Of a stretch of DNA of 64,000 bases, positions 38,076 through 47,410 are shown piece after piece. The translations under genes and the position numbers were made by a program. The stretch's first letter is position 1; each line of letters opens with the position of its first letter. This DNA comes from Capsulimonadaceae bacterium. GTDB taxonomy: Bacteria > Armatimonadota > Armatimonadia > Armatimonadales > Capsulimonadaceae. The notes beneath the pieces were generated by a model. The model was given only the letters and a program-made list of their open reading frames with translations. It searched no databases and was not told the DNA's origin. The DNA is taken from assembly GCA_965215505.1 (NCBI GenBank), contig OZ244065.1, positions 960,001-1,024,000 of the forward strand. The letters are read 5' to 3'.

Positions 38076-39269
38076 TTGACCGTCTACAGCATCACGCTCC
38101 TGCTGATCGTGGCGACCCTGGTGGCACTGGCCGCGCGCCGCCTCCGAGTCCCCTACACGGTCGGCCTGGTCGTGGCCGGCGCGGGCCTCGCCCTGGCGCA
38201 CGTCCACACCGGCACCGCCCTGACCGGACGGTTGCTGTTCACCGCCCTCCTGCCGCCGCTGCTGTTCGAGGCAGCCCTGAGCCTGTCCTGGGCGGAGCTA
38301 AGGCGGGACGCCCTGCCGATCCTGACCCTGGCGACAGCGGGCGTAGTCGTCTCGGCCCTAGCCGTGGCGGCCGGGATGGCGTTGCTGGTGCATTGGCCCT
38401 GGCCCGCCGCCCTCGTCTTCGGCGTCCTGATCGCCGCCACTGACCCCGTTTCCGTCTTAGCCACTTTCAAGGAAAACGGCGTCGTCGGGCGGCTGCGGCT
38501 GCTGGTCGAGGCCGAAAGCCTGCTCAATGACGGCGTGGCCGCCGTCCTGTTTGCGCTGGCCGTCACCTACGCCCAGGGCGGGGGCGCGGCGGGACACGCG
38601 GGCTGGCTCACCCTGCTGCTCTCGACCGGCGGCGGCCTGCTCATCGGCGCGCTCTGCGGCGGCGTTGCGGTCGCCCTGGCCGGTCGGCCCACCGCCGACC
38701 ATCTGGTCGAGACGGCCCTGACGGCGGCCTCCGCCTACGGCTCGTTCCTGCTGGCCGACCACTTCCACGTCTCGGGTGTCCTGGCAACGGTCACGGCGGG
38801 CCTGGTCATGGGCAACGTCGGGGCCTTGCAGACCGCCGACTCGCGGTTTTTCAGCGAGCGGGGCCGCGAGGTCGTCCTCGCCTTCTGGGACTTCGCCGCC
38901 TTCGTCGCCAACTCCCTCATCTTCCTGCTGATCGGCCAGGGCAACGCCGCCATCGGCTTCTCCGGGCTGGGGCTGACCGCCATCGCCGCCGCCGTTGTTC
39001 TCGTCTGGGCGGGCCGGGCCCTGACCGTCTATCCTCTCTGCGCCCTGTTCGCCCGGTCGCGCCTGCGGATTGCGCGTCACCACCAGCACGTCCTGTTCTG
39101 GGGCGGCATGCGCGGCGCTTTAGCCTTGGCACTGGCCCTGAGCCTGCCGCCGGAGATGTCGTATCGAAGCCAGATCGTGATCGCCACCTTCAGCGTCGTG
39201 GCCTTCTCGGTCATCGTCCAGGGGATCGCCATGCCCCTCCTGCTGAAACGCTGGAACCTGCTGCCGTGA
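38076..39269 (+). CDS. CPA1 Na+/H+ antiporter
   Basis: LPPLLFEAA, AATDPVSV, EAESLLNDG, SGVLA, WGGMRGAL. Confidence 0.93.
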   Translation: MTVYSITLLLIVATLVALAARRLRVPYTVGLVVAGAGLALAHVHTGTALTGRLLFTALLPPLLFEAALSLSWAELRRDALPILTLATAGVVVSALAVAAGMALLVHWPWPAALVFGVLIAATDPVSVLATFKENGVVGRLRLLVEAESLLNDGVAAVLFALAVTYAQGGGAAGHAGWLTLLLSTGGGLLIGALCGGVAVALAGRPTADHLVETALTAASAYGSFLLADHFHVSGVLATVTAGLVMGNVGALQTADSRFFSERGREVVLAFWDFAAFVANSLIFLLIGQGNAAIGFSGLGLTAIAAAVVLVWAGRALTVYPLCALFARSRLRIARHHQHVLFWGGMRGALALALALSLPPEMSYRSQIVIATFSVVAFSVIVQGIAMPLLLKRWNLLP

Positions 39270-39301
39270 GCCATGCGTCTATAAACAACTGGAACATCGC
39301 G

Positions 39302-39805
39302 ATGGAACATCAACTTAGCTTCACCGTTACGAAAGACCTTGCGACGACCGCCTCGCGTCGCTTCTGGCTTCAGCATGTCGGTTGGGACGGGTTGATTTGG
39401 TGGGCAGTCATTTCCGTGGGGCTTATTATCGCCAGTATTCTCAACTGGCCGAATTGGTTCAACGGCGTATTCGGCGGTCTATTGGCACTTGTGGTCGTTT
39501 GCTTACCGTGGCTTGGGCCAGTCGGCTACTTCACGTTCATGCGCCGGGCATCCCGAAGGTACGACCGAATGCAGAACAAGCTGATCTCATACCACTTTAC
39601 CGAGAAGGGTCTAGAGACGAAATCGGATTTAGGGAGCGCAGAGATTCCCTGGCGGATGCTGAAAAAAGTGCAGTGCTATCCTGAAGTTTGGCTGCTGATT
39701 TTCGGGCGTGGTTCTTATGCGTATCTCCCCATTGCAGAGATGACCGAGCCGTTGAAGGGCTATATACTTCAGCAAGCAGAGCAGCACGGCGTCCAAGCGG
39801 CCTGA
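39302..39805 (+). CDS. YcxB-like membrane protein, low GC
   Basis: Two TM helices then FTEKGL...IPW--L-KV...YLP; start 39266 or 39302. Confidence 0.7.
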   Translation: MEHQLSFTVTKDLATTASRRFWLQHVGWDGLIWWAVISVGLIIASILNWPNWFNGVFGGLLALVVVCLPWLGPVGYFTFMRRASRRYDRMQNKLISYHFTEKGLETKSDLGSAEIPWRMLKKVQCYPEVWLLIFGRGSYAYLPIAEMTEPLKGYILQQAEQHGVQAA

Positions 39806-39863
39806 CGCAGTCATCACGGTCGTTTGATTCTATAGCACATGTTTGATGAGGTACAATTAACCT

Positions 39864-40103
39864 ATGAGCGTTCAAGAGATAGAGGCCGCCGTCACTCAGC
39901 TCCCCTCGCCCGAACTTGCCCAATTTAGGGCATGGTTTGAGGAGTATCAAGCCGACCTTTGGGATCAACAGATCGAGCAAGATGTCCTGTCAGGCCGATT
40001 GAATGCCCTCGCGGATCAGGCTAATTGGGAGTTTGAGGCGGGCCGCTGTCATCTCATGGTCCCTTGTCTCTCAAAGAGGCGTGATAAAGAGGGCAGCAAA
40101 TGA
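39864..40103 (+). CDS. Antitoxin-like small protein
   Basis: MSVQEIEAAV-QL---EL--FR-WF...WD-QIE-D...G-L--LA pattern; TACAAT 6 nt upstream. Confidence 0.65.
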   Translation: MSVQEIEAAVTQLPSPELAQFRAWFEEYQADLWDQQIEQDVLSGRLNALADQANWEFEAGRCHLMVPCLSKRRDKEGSK

Positions 40104-40561
40104 GAAGATGGCAACAAGCATTTGTTGTTCTCGCACTCGTCTCGGTTGTTGCCCTGGGCGGGATCTCACTCTACCATGTCATACTTAACGACCAGTTGAA
40201 TATGGAAGCAAAAGCAGGGAATTTGTCGGCTGTGCAGATTCTACTGCGCCGAGGTGCTGACATAGAGGGGCGCAGTATTCACTTCAAGACGCCCCTCATG
40301 TCTGCCGCCGAAGGCGGGAACGGGAACGTCATCCTGTTCTTGCTGGGCCGCGGGGCCGATGTGAACGCCCACAACGGGTCGGGTTCCGTTCTGATGTGGG
40401 CAGTCGCGAGCGGGAACGCAGGGGTCGTCCGCACTTTGTTGTTTCGCGGCGCGGACGTCAACTGGCGCAGCGGCGCGGGGGACACGGCCCTGGAAATGGC
40501 GAAGGAATACAAGCAGCCGGCAATCGCCAAGATGCTTCAGTCCGCCGGGGCCAGGAACTAG
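40100..40561 (+). CDS. Ankyrin-repeat protein with N-terminal TM
   Basis: TPLMSAA, LLGRGADVN, LMWAV, GDTAL. Confidence 0.88.
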   Translation: MRRWQQAFVVLALVSVVALGGISLYHVILNDQLNMEAKAGNLSAVQILLRRGADIEGRSIHFKTPLMSAAEGGNGNVILFLLGRGADVNAHNGSGSVLMWAVASGNAGVVRTLLFRGADVNWRSGAGDTALEMAKEYKQPAIAKMLQSAGARN

Positions 40562-40613
40562 GGGTCGCCCACTGGTTAAAATACGGCGTTTTGGGGAAGC
40601 CGCGCCCCCCGCG

Positions 40614-40642
40614 TTGACATCTCACCCCATAACTGGTATACT
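40614..40642 (+). promoter_or_regulatory. Sigma70 promoter of hrcA
   Basis: TTGACA-N17-TATACT with extended TG. Confidence 0.85.
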
Positions 40643-40654
40643 ATTGTCGGCACA

Positions 40655-41704
40655 ATGTATCTTGATGACAGAAAACAGAAGATTTTAGGCGCGGTCGTGC
40701 GCGACTACGTCGAGACGGTCAAGCCGCTCGGCTCCGAGGATCTGGCCGCCCGGCACCAGTGGGGCATCAAGAGCGCGACGATCCGCAACGAGATGGCGGA
40801 GCTTGCCGATCTTGGATTCCTGCGCCAGCCGCACACCAGCGCGGGCCGCATCCCCTCCGACCAGGGTTACCGGTTCTATGTGGACCACCTCATGGTGACG
40901 CAGGAGATGGAGGAGTCGGTCCGGCCCGTCCTGGACGCCGAGGACCAGGCTTTGGAGATGGAGCGGCTGCTGCGGCGCACCTGCGCCCTGCTGACCCAGG
41001 CCACGTCGTACACCTCCGTCGCCACCCCGCCGCGACCCGCCGACACCCAGGTCCGGCAGATCTTCCTGACGCCCGCCGGGGAGGACCGCCTGCTGGTCGT
41101 CATGCTCCTCAGCACCGGACAGGTGGAGAACCGCCTGCTGTGCCCGTCCCAGGCCGACGCGCACGCCGCCTCGCCCGCCGACATCATCGCCCTGGGAAAT
41201 GCTCTCAACGCCGCCTTCGGCGGGCAGCCGCTTGAGGCACTGGCCGGGCAGAACGCCGAGGCCCCCACCGAGTTCGCGCCCCCCCTGCGCTCCCTGTATG
41301 CGATGCTGACGAATGCCGCCCGGCAGATGGCGCAGGCCGCCGTGGACGAGGACAGCGTCTACATGGAGGGCGCGAGCGAGATCCTGCGCCAGCCCGAGTT
41401 CCGCGATGTCGCCAAGATCGAGAGCGTCCTGGACACCTTGCAGCGCGGGACACTGCTGTTCCAGACCCTCTCGCGCGCCCTGCTCGGGCCGGACGTCACC
41501 GTCGTCATCGGGGCGGAAAACCACGTCCCCGCCATGACCGAGTGCAGCGTCGTCACGGCTTCCTACTACGTCGGCACCCGCAAGCGCGGCACCATCGGCG
41601 TCGTCGGCCCGACCCGCATGAACTACGACCGGGCGGTCCCCGCCGTCGGCTTCTTCTCCGGCTCCCTCAGCCGCACCCTCACCCGCCTGGCAGGGCTGTC
41701 CTAA
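40655..41704 (+). CDS. hrcA: Heat-inducible transcription repressor
   Basis: SATIRNEMA-L, QPHTSAGRIPSD-GYRFYVD, IG-EN, GVVGPTRMNY. Confidence 0.96.
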   Translation: MYLDDRKQKILGAVVRDYVETVKPLGSEDLAARHQWGIKSATIRNEMAELADLGFLRQPHTSAGRIPSDQGYRFYVDHLMVTQEMEESVRPVLDAEDQALEMERLLRRTCALLTQATSYTSVATPPRPADTQVRQIFLTPAGEDRLLVVMLLSTGQVENRLLCPSQADAHAASPADIIALGNALNAAFGGQPLEALAGQNAEAPTEFAPPLRSLYAMLTNAARQMAQAAVDEDSVYMEGASEILRQPEFRDVAKIESVLDTLQRGTLLFQTLSRALLGPDVTVVIGAENHVPAMTECSVVTASYYVGTRKRGTIGVVGPTRMNYDRAVPAVGFFSGSLSRTLTRLAGLS

Positions 41705-41780
41705 AAACGGCGGCCCTGTCCGAAAGCCGCCCTGCTTGTGGTACAATGGTTGCCAACCACTCATAAGGAGGGCAACCCCG

Positions 41781-42689
41781 TTGCATTCTTTCCACGCACC
41801 CACGCTCCGCCCTCTCGCCACGCTCCTCGCCGCCGCCGGGGCGTTCCTGCCGGCCGGCCCCGGACGGGCACAGACGCCCGCCCCTGCTCCGCCCGTCACG
41901 GCCCCTGTCCCTACTCCGGCCCCGCCCGCGACTCCGGCCCCGCCCGCAGCTCCGACCCCGCCCGCAGCGCCGGTCCTCGACCTGATGCCGCTCAAGAAGG
42001 CGCTCAGGCCCCTCTCCGGCGGCGGGCTGCTCCAGTCGCATTCCAATTTCCAGATGACCGGCAGCAAGCAGGGCCTCTCCTTCACCTTCCGCGAGGAGGC
42101 CCACATCGTCGCCAAGCGGCCGGGCCGCTTCCGGGCGGAGCTGACCCAGTTCTCCGCCGACAACGTCCCGCAGCAGCGGCTCGTGGTCGTCTCCAACGGA
42201 GTCACCGTCTGGACCTACCGGCCCGGCACGCGCCAGTATTCCGTGACCACGTTCAAGGCGTTCGAGGCGGCGAACAACGACGTCACCGCGCTCGGCCTGG
42301 CCGTCGGCGGCTTCTTCCTGGGCGACGGGCACCAGCTCACTCAAGGGTTCCAGGGCCTGACCAAAGGCAACAGCGCCGACGTCTTGACTGTGCTGGCCGG
42401 CCTGGGCGTGAACCTCTCCAGCAAAATGCAGGCGGGCAGTGATGAGGACGACCTGGCCTACCTCATGACGCTCACCAAGCAGGGGTTAACCTACCGCTTC
42501 ATCGTGAACTCGGCCGGCGATGCGCTCCGGCAGGTGGAACTCCGGGGGGCGCAGAAGGGGATACAGATCGCCTTCAAAGAGAAGATCACCCAGCTCGCCC
42601 CGCTGACGACCGTTCCCAGGGACACGTTCACCTTCACGCCCCCGCCGGGCACGGTCAAGGTGGCGACGGTGTCCGTGGACCCGTTCTGA
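41781..42689 (+). CDS. Secreted LolA/DUF2092-like protein with Pro-rich linker
   Basis: AAGGAGG RBS + TTG; KRPGRFR, VSNG-TVWTY-P, TFTFTPPPG. Confidence 0.75.
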   Translation: MHSFHAPTLRPLATLLAAAGAFLPAGPGRAQTPAPAPPVTAPVPTPAPPATPAPPAAPTPPAAPVLDLMPLKKALRPLSGGGLLQSHSNFQMTGSKQGLSFTFREEAHIVAKRPGRFRAELTQFSADNVPQQRLVVVSNGVTVWTYRPGTRQYSVTTFKAFEAANNDVTALGLAVGGFFLGDGHQLTQGFQGLTKGNSADVLTVLAGLGVNLSSKMQAGSDEDDLAYLMTLTKQGLTYRFIVNSAGDALRQVELRGAQKGIQIAFKEKITQLAPLTTVPRDTFTFTPPPGTVKVATVSVDPF

Positions 42690-42703
42690 CCGCGCCGCGC
42701 GGC

Positions 42704-42761
42704 TTGACACCCTCCCCCTAAACTCGGTATAATGGGAGGGAATTTACGACCTTAGAGGTCG
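42704..42761 (+). promoter_or_regulatory. Sigma70 promoter plus Rrf2-type operator
   Basis: TTGACA-N18-TATAAT followed by the inverted repeat CGACC-TTAGA-GGTCG (42747-42761). Confidence 0.7.
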
Positions 42762-42783
42762 GAGAAAGGGGCGGTGCGGAACC

Positions 42784-43284
42784 ATGTTAAGCCTGTCCAA
42801 ACGCGCCGACTACGCCCTCCTCGCGCTGTCGCACCTGGCCGTGACCCAGGCCGCCGCCCCGGAGCGGCTGGTCAACACCAAAGAGATCGCCGAACAGTAC
42901 GAGATCCCGGCCGAGCTGCTGGCGAAGCTCCTGCAATCACTCGCCAAGAGCGGCCTCGTCGCCTCCCACCCCGGCCCCACCGGCGGCTACAAGCTGCTCC
43001 GCGCGCCCAACGCCATCACCGTGGCCGAGGTGCTGACCGTCATCGACGGCCCCCTCTCCATCCTCCCCTGCTCCAACGGCCTGGGACACACCTGCAAGCA
43101 GTTCAGCCACTGCACCATCCGCGACCCGATGGCCGAAATCGAGATCCGCGTCAAAGCCTTATTGCAGGAGATCACCCTGGAAGACGTCAGCGGCTCCGGC
43201 GCGGCCCCCGCCCCGTCCGACTGGCCGCCGTTCCAGGACTTTTCGAATCGCCGGTTCGCCGCCGGGCTGACGGTAGGGAAATAA
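42784..43284 (+). CDS. iscR: Rrf2/IscR-type Fe-S regulator
   Basis: SKRADYAL, EIAE, GPTGGYKL, IDGP, three Cys (C-x7-C-x5-C). Confidence 0.85.
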   Translation: MLSLSKRADYALLALSHLAVTQAAAPERLVNTKEIAEQYEIPAELLAKLLQSLAKSGLVASHPGPTGGYKLLRAPNAITVAEVLTVIDGPLSILPCSNGLGHTCKQFSHCTIRDPMAEIEIRVKALLQEITLEDVSGSGAAPAPSDWPPFQDFSNRRFAAGLTVGK

Positions 43285-43285
43285 C

Positions 43286-44479
43286 ATGGTTCGCCTGCCG
43301 ATCTACCTGGACAACAACGCGACGACCCGGACCGACCCGCGCGTGGTCGAGGCCATGCTGCCCTACTTCGCCGAGGTCTACGGCAACGCCGCCTCGCGCG
43401 CCCATTCCTTCGGGTGGGCTGCCGAAGAGGCCGTCGCCCGCGCCCGCGCACAGGTCGCCTCGCTCCTCGGGGCGGACCCGCGCGAGATCGTCTGGACTTC
43501 GGGCGCGACCGAGTCGGACAACCTGGCCCTCAAAGGCGTCATGGAGCGGTACGCCGACAAGGGCGACCACATGGTCACGGTCACGACCGAACACAAGGCC
43601 GTTCTCGATGCCGCCAAGCACCTGGAAGGCACGGGCCGCCGCGTCACCTATCTCGGCGTGGACCGGCAGGGCCGCATTGACATGGACGCCCTGGAGAACG
43701 CCCTGACTGACCGGACCGTGCTGGTTTCCGTCATGATGGGCAGCAACGAGGTCGGGACGCTCCAGCCCGTCGCCGAGATCGGCGCGCTCTGCCGCGCGCG
43801 CGGCGTCCTGTTCCACACCGACGCGACCCAGTGCATCGGCAAGATGCCCGTCAATGTCCAGGACCTCCCCGTTGATCTGATGTCCCTCACCGCCCACAAG
43901 ATGCACGGGCCGAAGGGCGTCGGCGCGCTCTACGTCCGGCGGCGCGCGCCCCGCGTCCGGCTGTCCGCCCAGATGGACGGCGGCGGCCACGAGCAGGGGA
44001 TGCGTTCAGGCACTCTGAACGTGCCGGGCATCGTCGGCTTCGGCAAAGCGTGTGAAATTTGTCAAAACGAACTGTCCTGGGAGCAGGAACACCTGACCCG
44101 CCTGCGTGACCGGCTGATCCGGGGCGTGCTGGGAACGATTAAAGGCACGGCCCTGAATGGCCATCCGACCGAGCGCCTGCCGCACAACGCCAGCATCGCG
44201 TTTGAAGGCGTCGAGGGCGACGCCCTGGTGACCGCCCTCTCGGAGGTCGCCCTGTCCACCGGCTCCGCCTGTTCGTCCGAGTCGCTGGAACCAAGCTACG
44301 TCCTCAGAGCGTTAGGGATGGGGGACGCGCGCGCCTACTCCTCGGTCCGGTTCGGCGTCTCGCGCTTCACGACCGACGAGGAGATAGATTACGTTTTGGA
44401 CCGGCTGCCCGAGGCCGTCGCCCGCCTGCGGCGGCTTTCCGCCACGCGGACGCCCGCGCTGGCCGGGAGCGCGGCCTGA
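43286..44479 (+). CDS. iscS: Cysteine desulfurase
   Basis: YLDNNATT, TSGATESDN, HTDATQ, AHKMHGPKG, RSGTLNV, STGSACSS. Confidence 0.95.
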   Translation: MVRLPIYLDNNATTRTDPRVVEAMLPYFAEVYGNAASRAHSFGWAAEEAVARARAQVASLLGADPREIVWTSGATESDNLALKGVMERYADKGDHMVTVTTEHKAVLDAAKHLEGTGRRVTYLGVDRQGRIDMDALENALTDRTVLVSVMMGSNEVGTLQPVAEIGALCRARGVLFHTDATQCIGKMPVNVQDLPVDLMSLTAHKMHGPKGVGALYVRRRAPRVRLSAQMDGGGHEQGMRSGTLNVPGIVGFGKACEICQNELSWEQEHLTRLRDRLIRGVLGTIKGTALNGHPTERLPHNASIAFEGVEGDALVTALSEVALSTGSACSSESLEPSYVLRALGMGDARAYSSVRFGVSRFTTDEEIDYVLDRLPEAVARLRRLSATRTPALAGSAA

Positions 44480-44480
44480 C

Positions 44481-44885
44481 ATGGACGCCTGCCCGCACTG
44501 TCACCGCCGGCTGCTTTCCCATATCAGCGCCCGGTGCAACTGGTGCGGGACGGAGATCACGGATGCGGCTTATTTAGTGCAGGCCGAAGTGGAGCGGGCC
44601 ACGTCCCGCGCGGAAGACGCCCTGCACTCTTTGCAGTCGCTGACCATCAGCCAGACGACGTACAGAAGTACGCAGATAGGTTACGCCGCCGGTAACTTCA
44701 GCGCGCCGCTGATGAGTCCTTATGACACAGCCGCGCTTGTCTCCAAGCGGGCCGAGTATGAGGCATGGGAACAGGCCAGGCGGGCGGCGGTATTCCACGC
44801 ACAGCAGCAAAGGGCATCGGAAGAGACGCCCGCCGAAGAGCCTGCCGCCGAGGCGCAGGACCGGTTCGGACACCTGGAACTATAA
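44481..44885 (+). CDS. Four-Cys (CxxC-x11-CNWC) hypothetical protein A
   Basis: CPHC...CNWCG; 1 nt after the iscS stop. Confidence 0.7.
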   Translation: MDACPHCHRRLLSHISARCNWCGTEITDAAYLVQAEVERATSRAEDALHSLQSLTISQTTYRSTQIGYAAGNFSAPLMSPYDTAALVSKRAEYEAWEQARRAAVFHAQQQRASEETPAEEPAAEAQDRFGHLEL

Positions 44886-44889
44886 GGCA

Positions 44890-45216
44890 ATGAACGAGAA
44901 CGAAACCTGGCCCCCGGCACCGGGGCCTCAGAACATTCCCCAGCAGGCGGCCCAGGAGGCGGGAACCGTCGTCTGCCCCACCTGCAAGCGGAAGCTGCTG
45001 ACGCAGACCAGCCCGCTCTGCAACTGGTGCGGCGCGCAGATAGACAACCCCGAATACCAGGCGCGGGCCGCCCAGAGCCGTCAGGAGCGCGACCAGCAGG
45101 AGCGGGCCGAACTGGAGTCGGTCATTCAGGAGGAAGCCCAGCACGGCATCCTGGGCCGGCTGAAGCGGCTCGGCAAGCAGAACAAGGTCGCGCCGCCGAA
45201 AAGCCCGCTGGTGTGA
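44890..45216 (+). CDS. Four-Cys (CxxC-x11-CNWC) hypothetical protein B
   Basis: MNENE...CPTC...CNWCG; paralog of A. Confidence 0.75.
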   Translation: MNENETWPPAPGPQNIPQQAAQEAGTVVCPTCKRKLLTQTSPLCNWCGAQIDNPEYQARAAQSRQERDQQERAELESVIQEEAQHGILGRLKRLGKQNKVAPPKSPLV

Positions 45217-45218
45217 GC

Positions 45219-45863
45219 ATGGAATCGCCCTCCACCGTCAGCCTGACGGCCCTCCCCGCCCCGGAGACGCTGCGGCGCATCTGCAAGGCGGTGGCGGCGC
45301 TGGAAGCGCTCCTACAGCCGACCGACTGGCTGCGGCGCAATCTCTACTTTCCAGATTGGGGCGGCGGCCTGGAAGTCGCTAAGGTGGACAACGGGGCAGG
45401 GGACACCCTGTTCTGCCTCTTCTCCCCGGTCGGCACGGTCATCAAGGGCTTTGACCACGAATCGCCGCTGAGTCCGCACGCGCAGGAAGAGTATCAGGTC
45501 TGGCCGGGCATCTATGAGGGTCTGCCCGCGCCCCTGTCCGCTCTCCTCGACGACCCGGCTTTCGAGCGGGATGACGTCACCTTCTGCCTCTGGTGGCCTG
45601 CCGGCGGCACGGCCTGGGAGACGGGTCCCGTCGAGTTCCCACCCGACGGCGATGACGGCTCCTCCTTCCTCCTCGGCATGCTGTCCCGCTCGGCGGAGGA
45701 GTACGCCGACTGGGCGCAGGATTATCACGGGATGGGGGTCGCACTGGAACCCGTCCGGCAGGTATACGCGCGCCTGACCCTCGATGAAGAGACGGCGCGG
45801 CGCATCAACCCGTCAGCCGATTACGAGGCGGTCCGGCAGGAGATCGCATCCATACTCGCCTGA
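45219..45863 (+). CDS. Conserved hypothetical protein
   Basis: DNGAGD, IKGFDHESPLSP, VWPG, TFCLWW, DDGS; typical codon usage. Confidence 0.75.
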   Translation: MESPSTVSLTALPAPETLRRICKAVAALEALLQPTDWLRRNLYFPDWGGGLEVAKVDNGAGDTLFCLFSPVGTVIKGFDHESPLSPHAQEEYQVWPGIYEGLPAPLSALLDDPAFERDDVTFCLWWPAGGTAWETGPVEFPPDGDDGSSFLLGMLSRSAEEYADWAQDYHGMGVALEPVRQVYARLTLDEETARRINPSADYEAVRQEIASILA

Positions 45864-45903
45864 CCGTACCCGGCTGAACAGACTATCAAGGAAAGCAGAC
45901 ACT

Positions 45904-46779
45904 ATGCAACAAGACCCGGCGGAAGAGCCGCTGAAGAACGTCCCGCTCGAATCCGCCATCCTCGGCATGCGGATGGCCCTGACGGACGAGGAGGGGGCCG
46001 AAGCGCGGCAGGCCTTCCTGGACCTCCTGCGCGACAGCATCCTGGCCGTGCCGACCATGAGCGCCGTGCCGACCAACCCTGACGGCTCCATCGCGCCCAA
46101 CGCCGACATCCAGCTCATCATCGCCACCAACCCCGAGGGCGTCAGCGGCGTCCCCGCCTTCACGCAGCTCGGCATCCTCCGGGCCGCACTGCCGCAACTC
46201 GAGAACGGGATGTTCCTGTCCGGCGCGCAGCTCGGCGGCATCCTCGCCGGCAGCGAACACCTACTGTTCGTGGACGGCCCGGACGTCCACGCCGAGGTCG
46301 GCCCGGACGAACTGGCGATGATGGCCCAGACCGCCCAGATGATGGCCCAGATGCAGCAGCAGGCGGCGGGCAGCAACGAGCGCCTGGAAGCGGCTCTGGC
46401 GGCCTTGCACCACAGCGACAACACCGAGAATCGCGGGGCGGTCGTCCAGGCCTTCCTGGAAGAGTTCAGCCGCATCCCCGTGGCGGGCGACTCCGACGAG
46501 GACGCCGAGTGCGTCGTCCTCAGCACCGGTGCCCCCGAGGACACGCCCCAGACGCCCCAGGAGCTGGAGCTGCTGACCGAGAACGACGCCCTGCTCTGCT
46601 TCACCAGCGAGGCCGCCATGCGCGTCTGGGACACGGCGGGCCGCAGCGCCGTCGTCCTGCCCGGCCCGGTCATCGCCCAGCTCGCCGCCCAGGCGGGCGT
46701 CTTGACCCTGCTGCTGAACAAGGGGCACGAGACGCAGCGCGCCCTGAAGCTCGAAGAAGGCCGCATCGAGGTCGTTTGA
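45904..46779 (+). CDS. SseB-family protein (two tandem SseB-like domains)
   Basis: Repeated LE-A-...F...L-VP...PAFT / LCFTS pattern; very acidic. Confidence 0.65.
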   Translation: MQQDPAEEPLKNVPLESAILGMRMALTDEEGAEARQAFLDLLRDSILAVPTMSAVPTNPDGSIAPNADIQLIIATNPEGVSGVPAFTQLGILRAALPQLENGMFLSGAQLGGILAGSEHLLFVDGPDVHAEVGPDELAMMAQTAQMMAQMQQQAAGSNERLEAALAALHHSDNTENRGAVVQAFLEEFSRIPVAGDSDEDAECVVLSTGAPEDTPQTPQELELLTENDALLCFTSEAAMRVWDTAGRSAVVLPGPVIAQLAAQAGVLTLLLNKGHETQRALKLEEGRIEVV

Positions 46780-46888
46780 TTAGGAAACCGGCAAAATCAC
46801 CCGCCCCCGCCCCGCACGTTTGCCGTGACGGGATGGGGGCGGACCGGCGATAATAGGCTTAGTCTTCTCCCGAAAGCGAGCCTACTCC

Positions 46889-47230
46889 ATGTCTTCCGCC
46901 ATGTCTTCCGTCCTGTCCCCCGTCGCCGCCGTCCCCGAATGCGAATCCGCCCGCCGCGTCGCCGCCGTCTGCCGCCGCCCCGAGGCCGAAGCCGTCCAGG
47001 CCCAGGTCGCCGCCGCCGTTCCCCACCCCACCAGTGCCGACGTCCTCTGGCTCACCTGGGTGCAGTGGCGCGCGTTGGGCCGCGAACGCATGGTCCGCGA
47101 GACCGGCCTATCCCTCTGGACCCTCACCGACCGTCTGCGTCAGCTCCGCGAGGCGGGTGCCCCCGTCCTGTCCTCCTCCGAGGAGCGTGAACTGATCGCG
47201 CGGGGCAGGTTCCACGGGGAGTGGGCTTAG
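46889..47230 (+). CDS. Hypothetical protein, possible HTH
   Basis: Strong GC3 bias; RETGLS---L--RLRQL. Confidence 0.5.
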   Translation: MSSAMSSVLSPVAAVPECESARRVAAVCRRPEAEAVQAQVAAAVPHPTSADVLWLTWVQWRALGRERMVRETGLSLWTLTDRLRQLREAGAPVLSSSEERELIARGRFHGEWA

Positions 47231-47249
47231 GCAAGGAATGCGGCGGAAG

Positions 47250-47380
47250 GACGAGTGGATGAATCCACTCGCTTCGCTGGGATTCGTCCACGGGACAAGT
47301 AGATCGGGACGATGTCGTCTCCTTCTCCCTTCTGTCCTCTGGACAGGTCTGCCCGGAGCGAGTGAATTCATTCACTCGTC
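47250..47380. repeat. REPIN-like inverted pair related to the 10594 family
   Basis: GACGAGTGGATGAATCCACTCGCT ... AGCGAGTGAATTCATTCACTCGTC. Confidence 0.8.
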
Positions 47381-47410
47381 TGCTGCTCGTCCCTCTCCTC
47401 TTGCCCCTCC

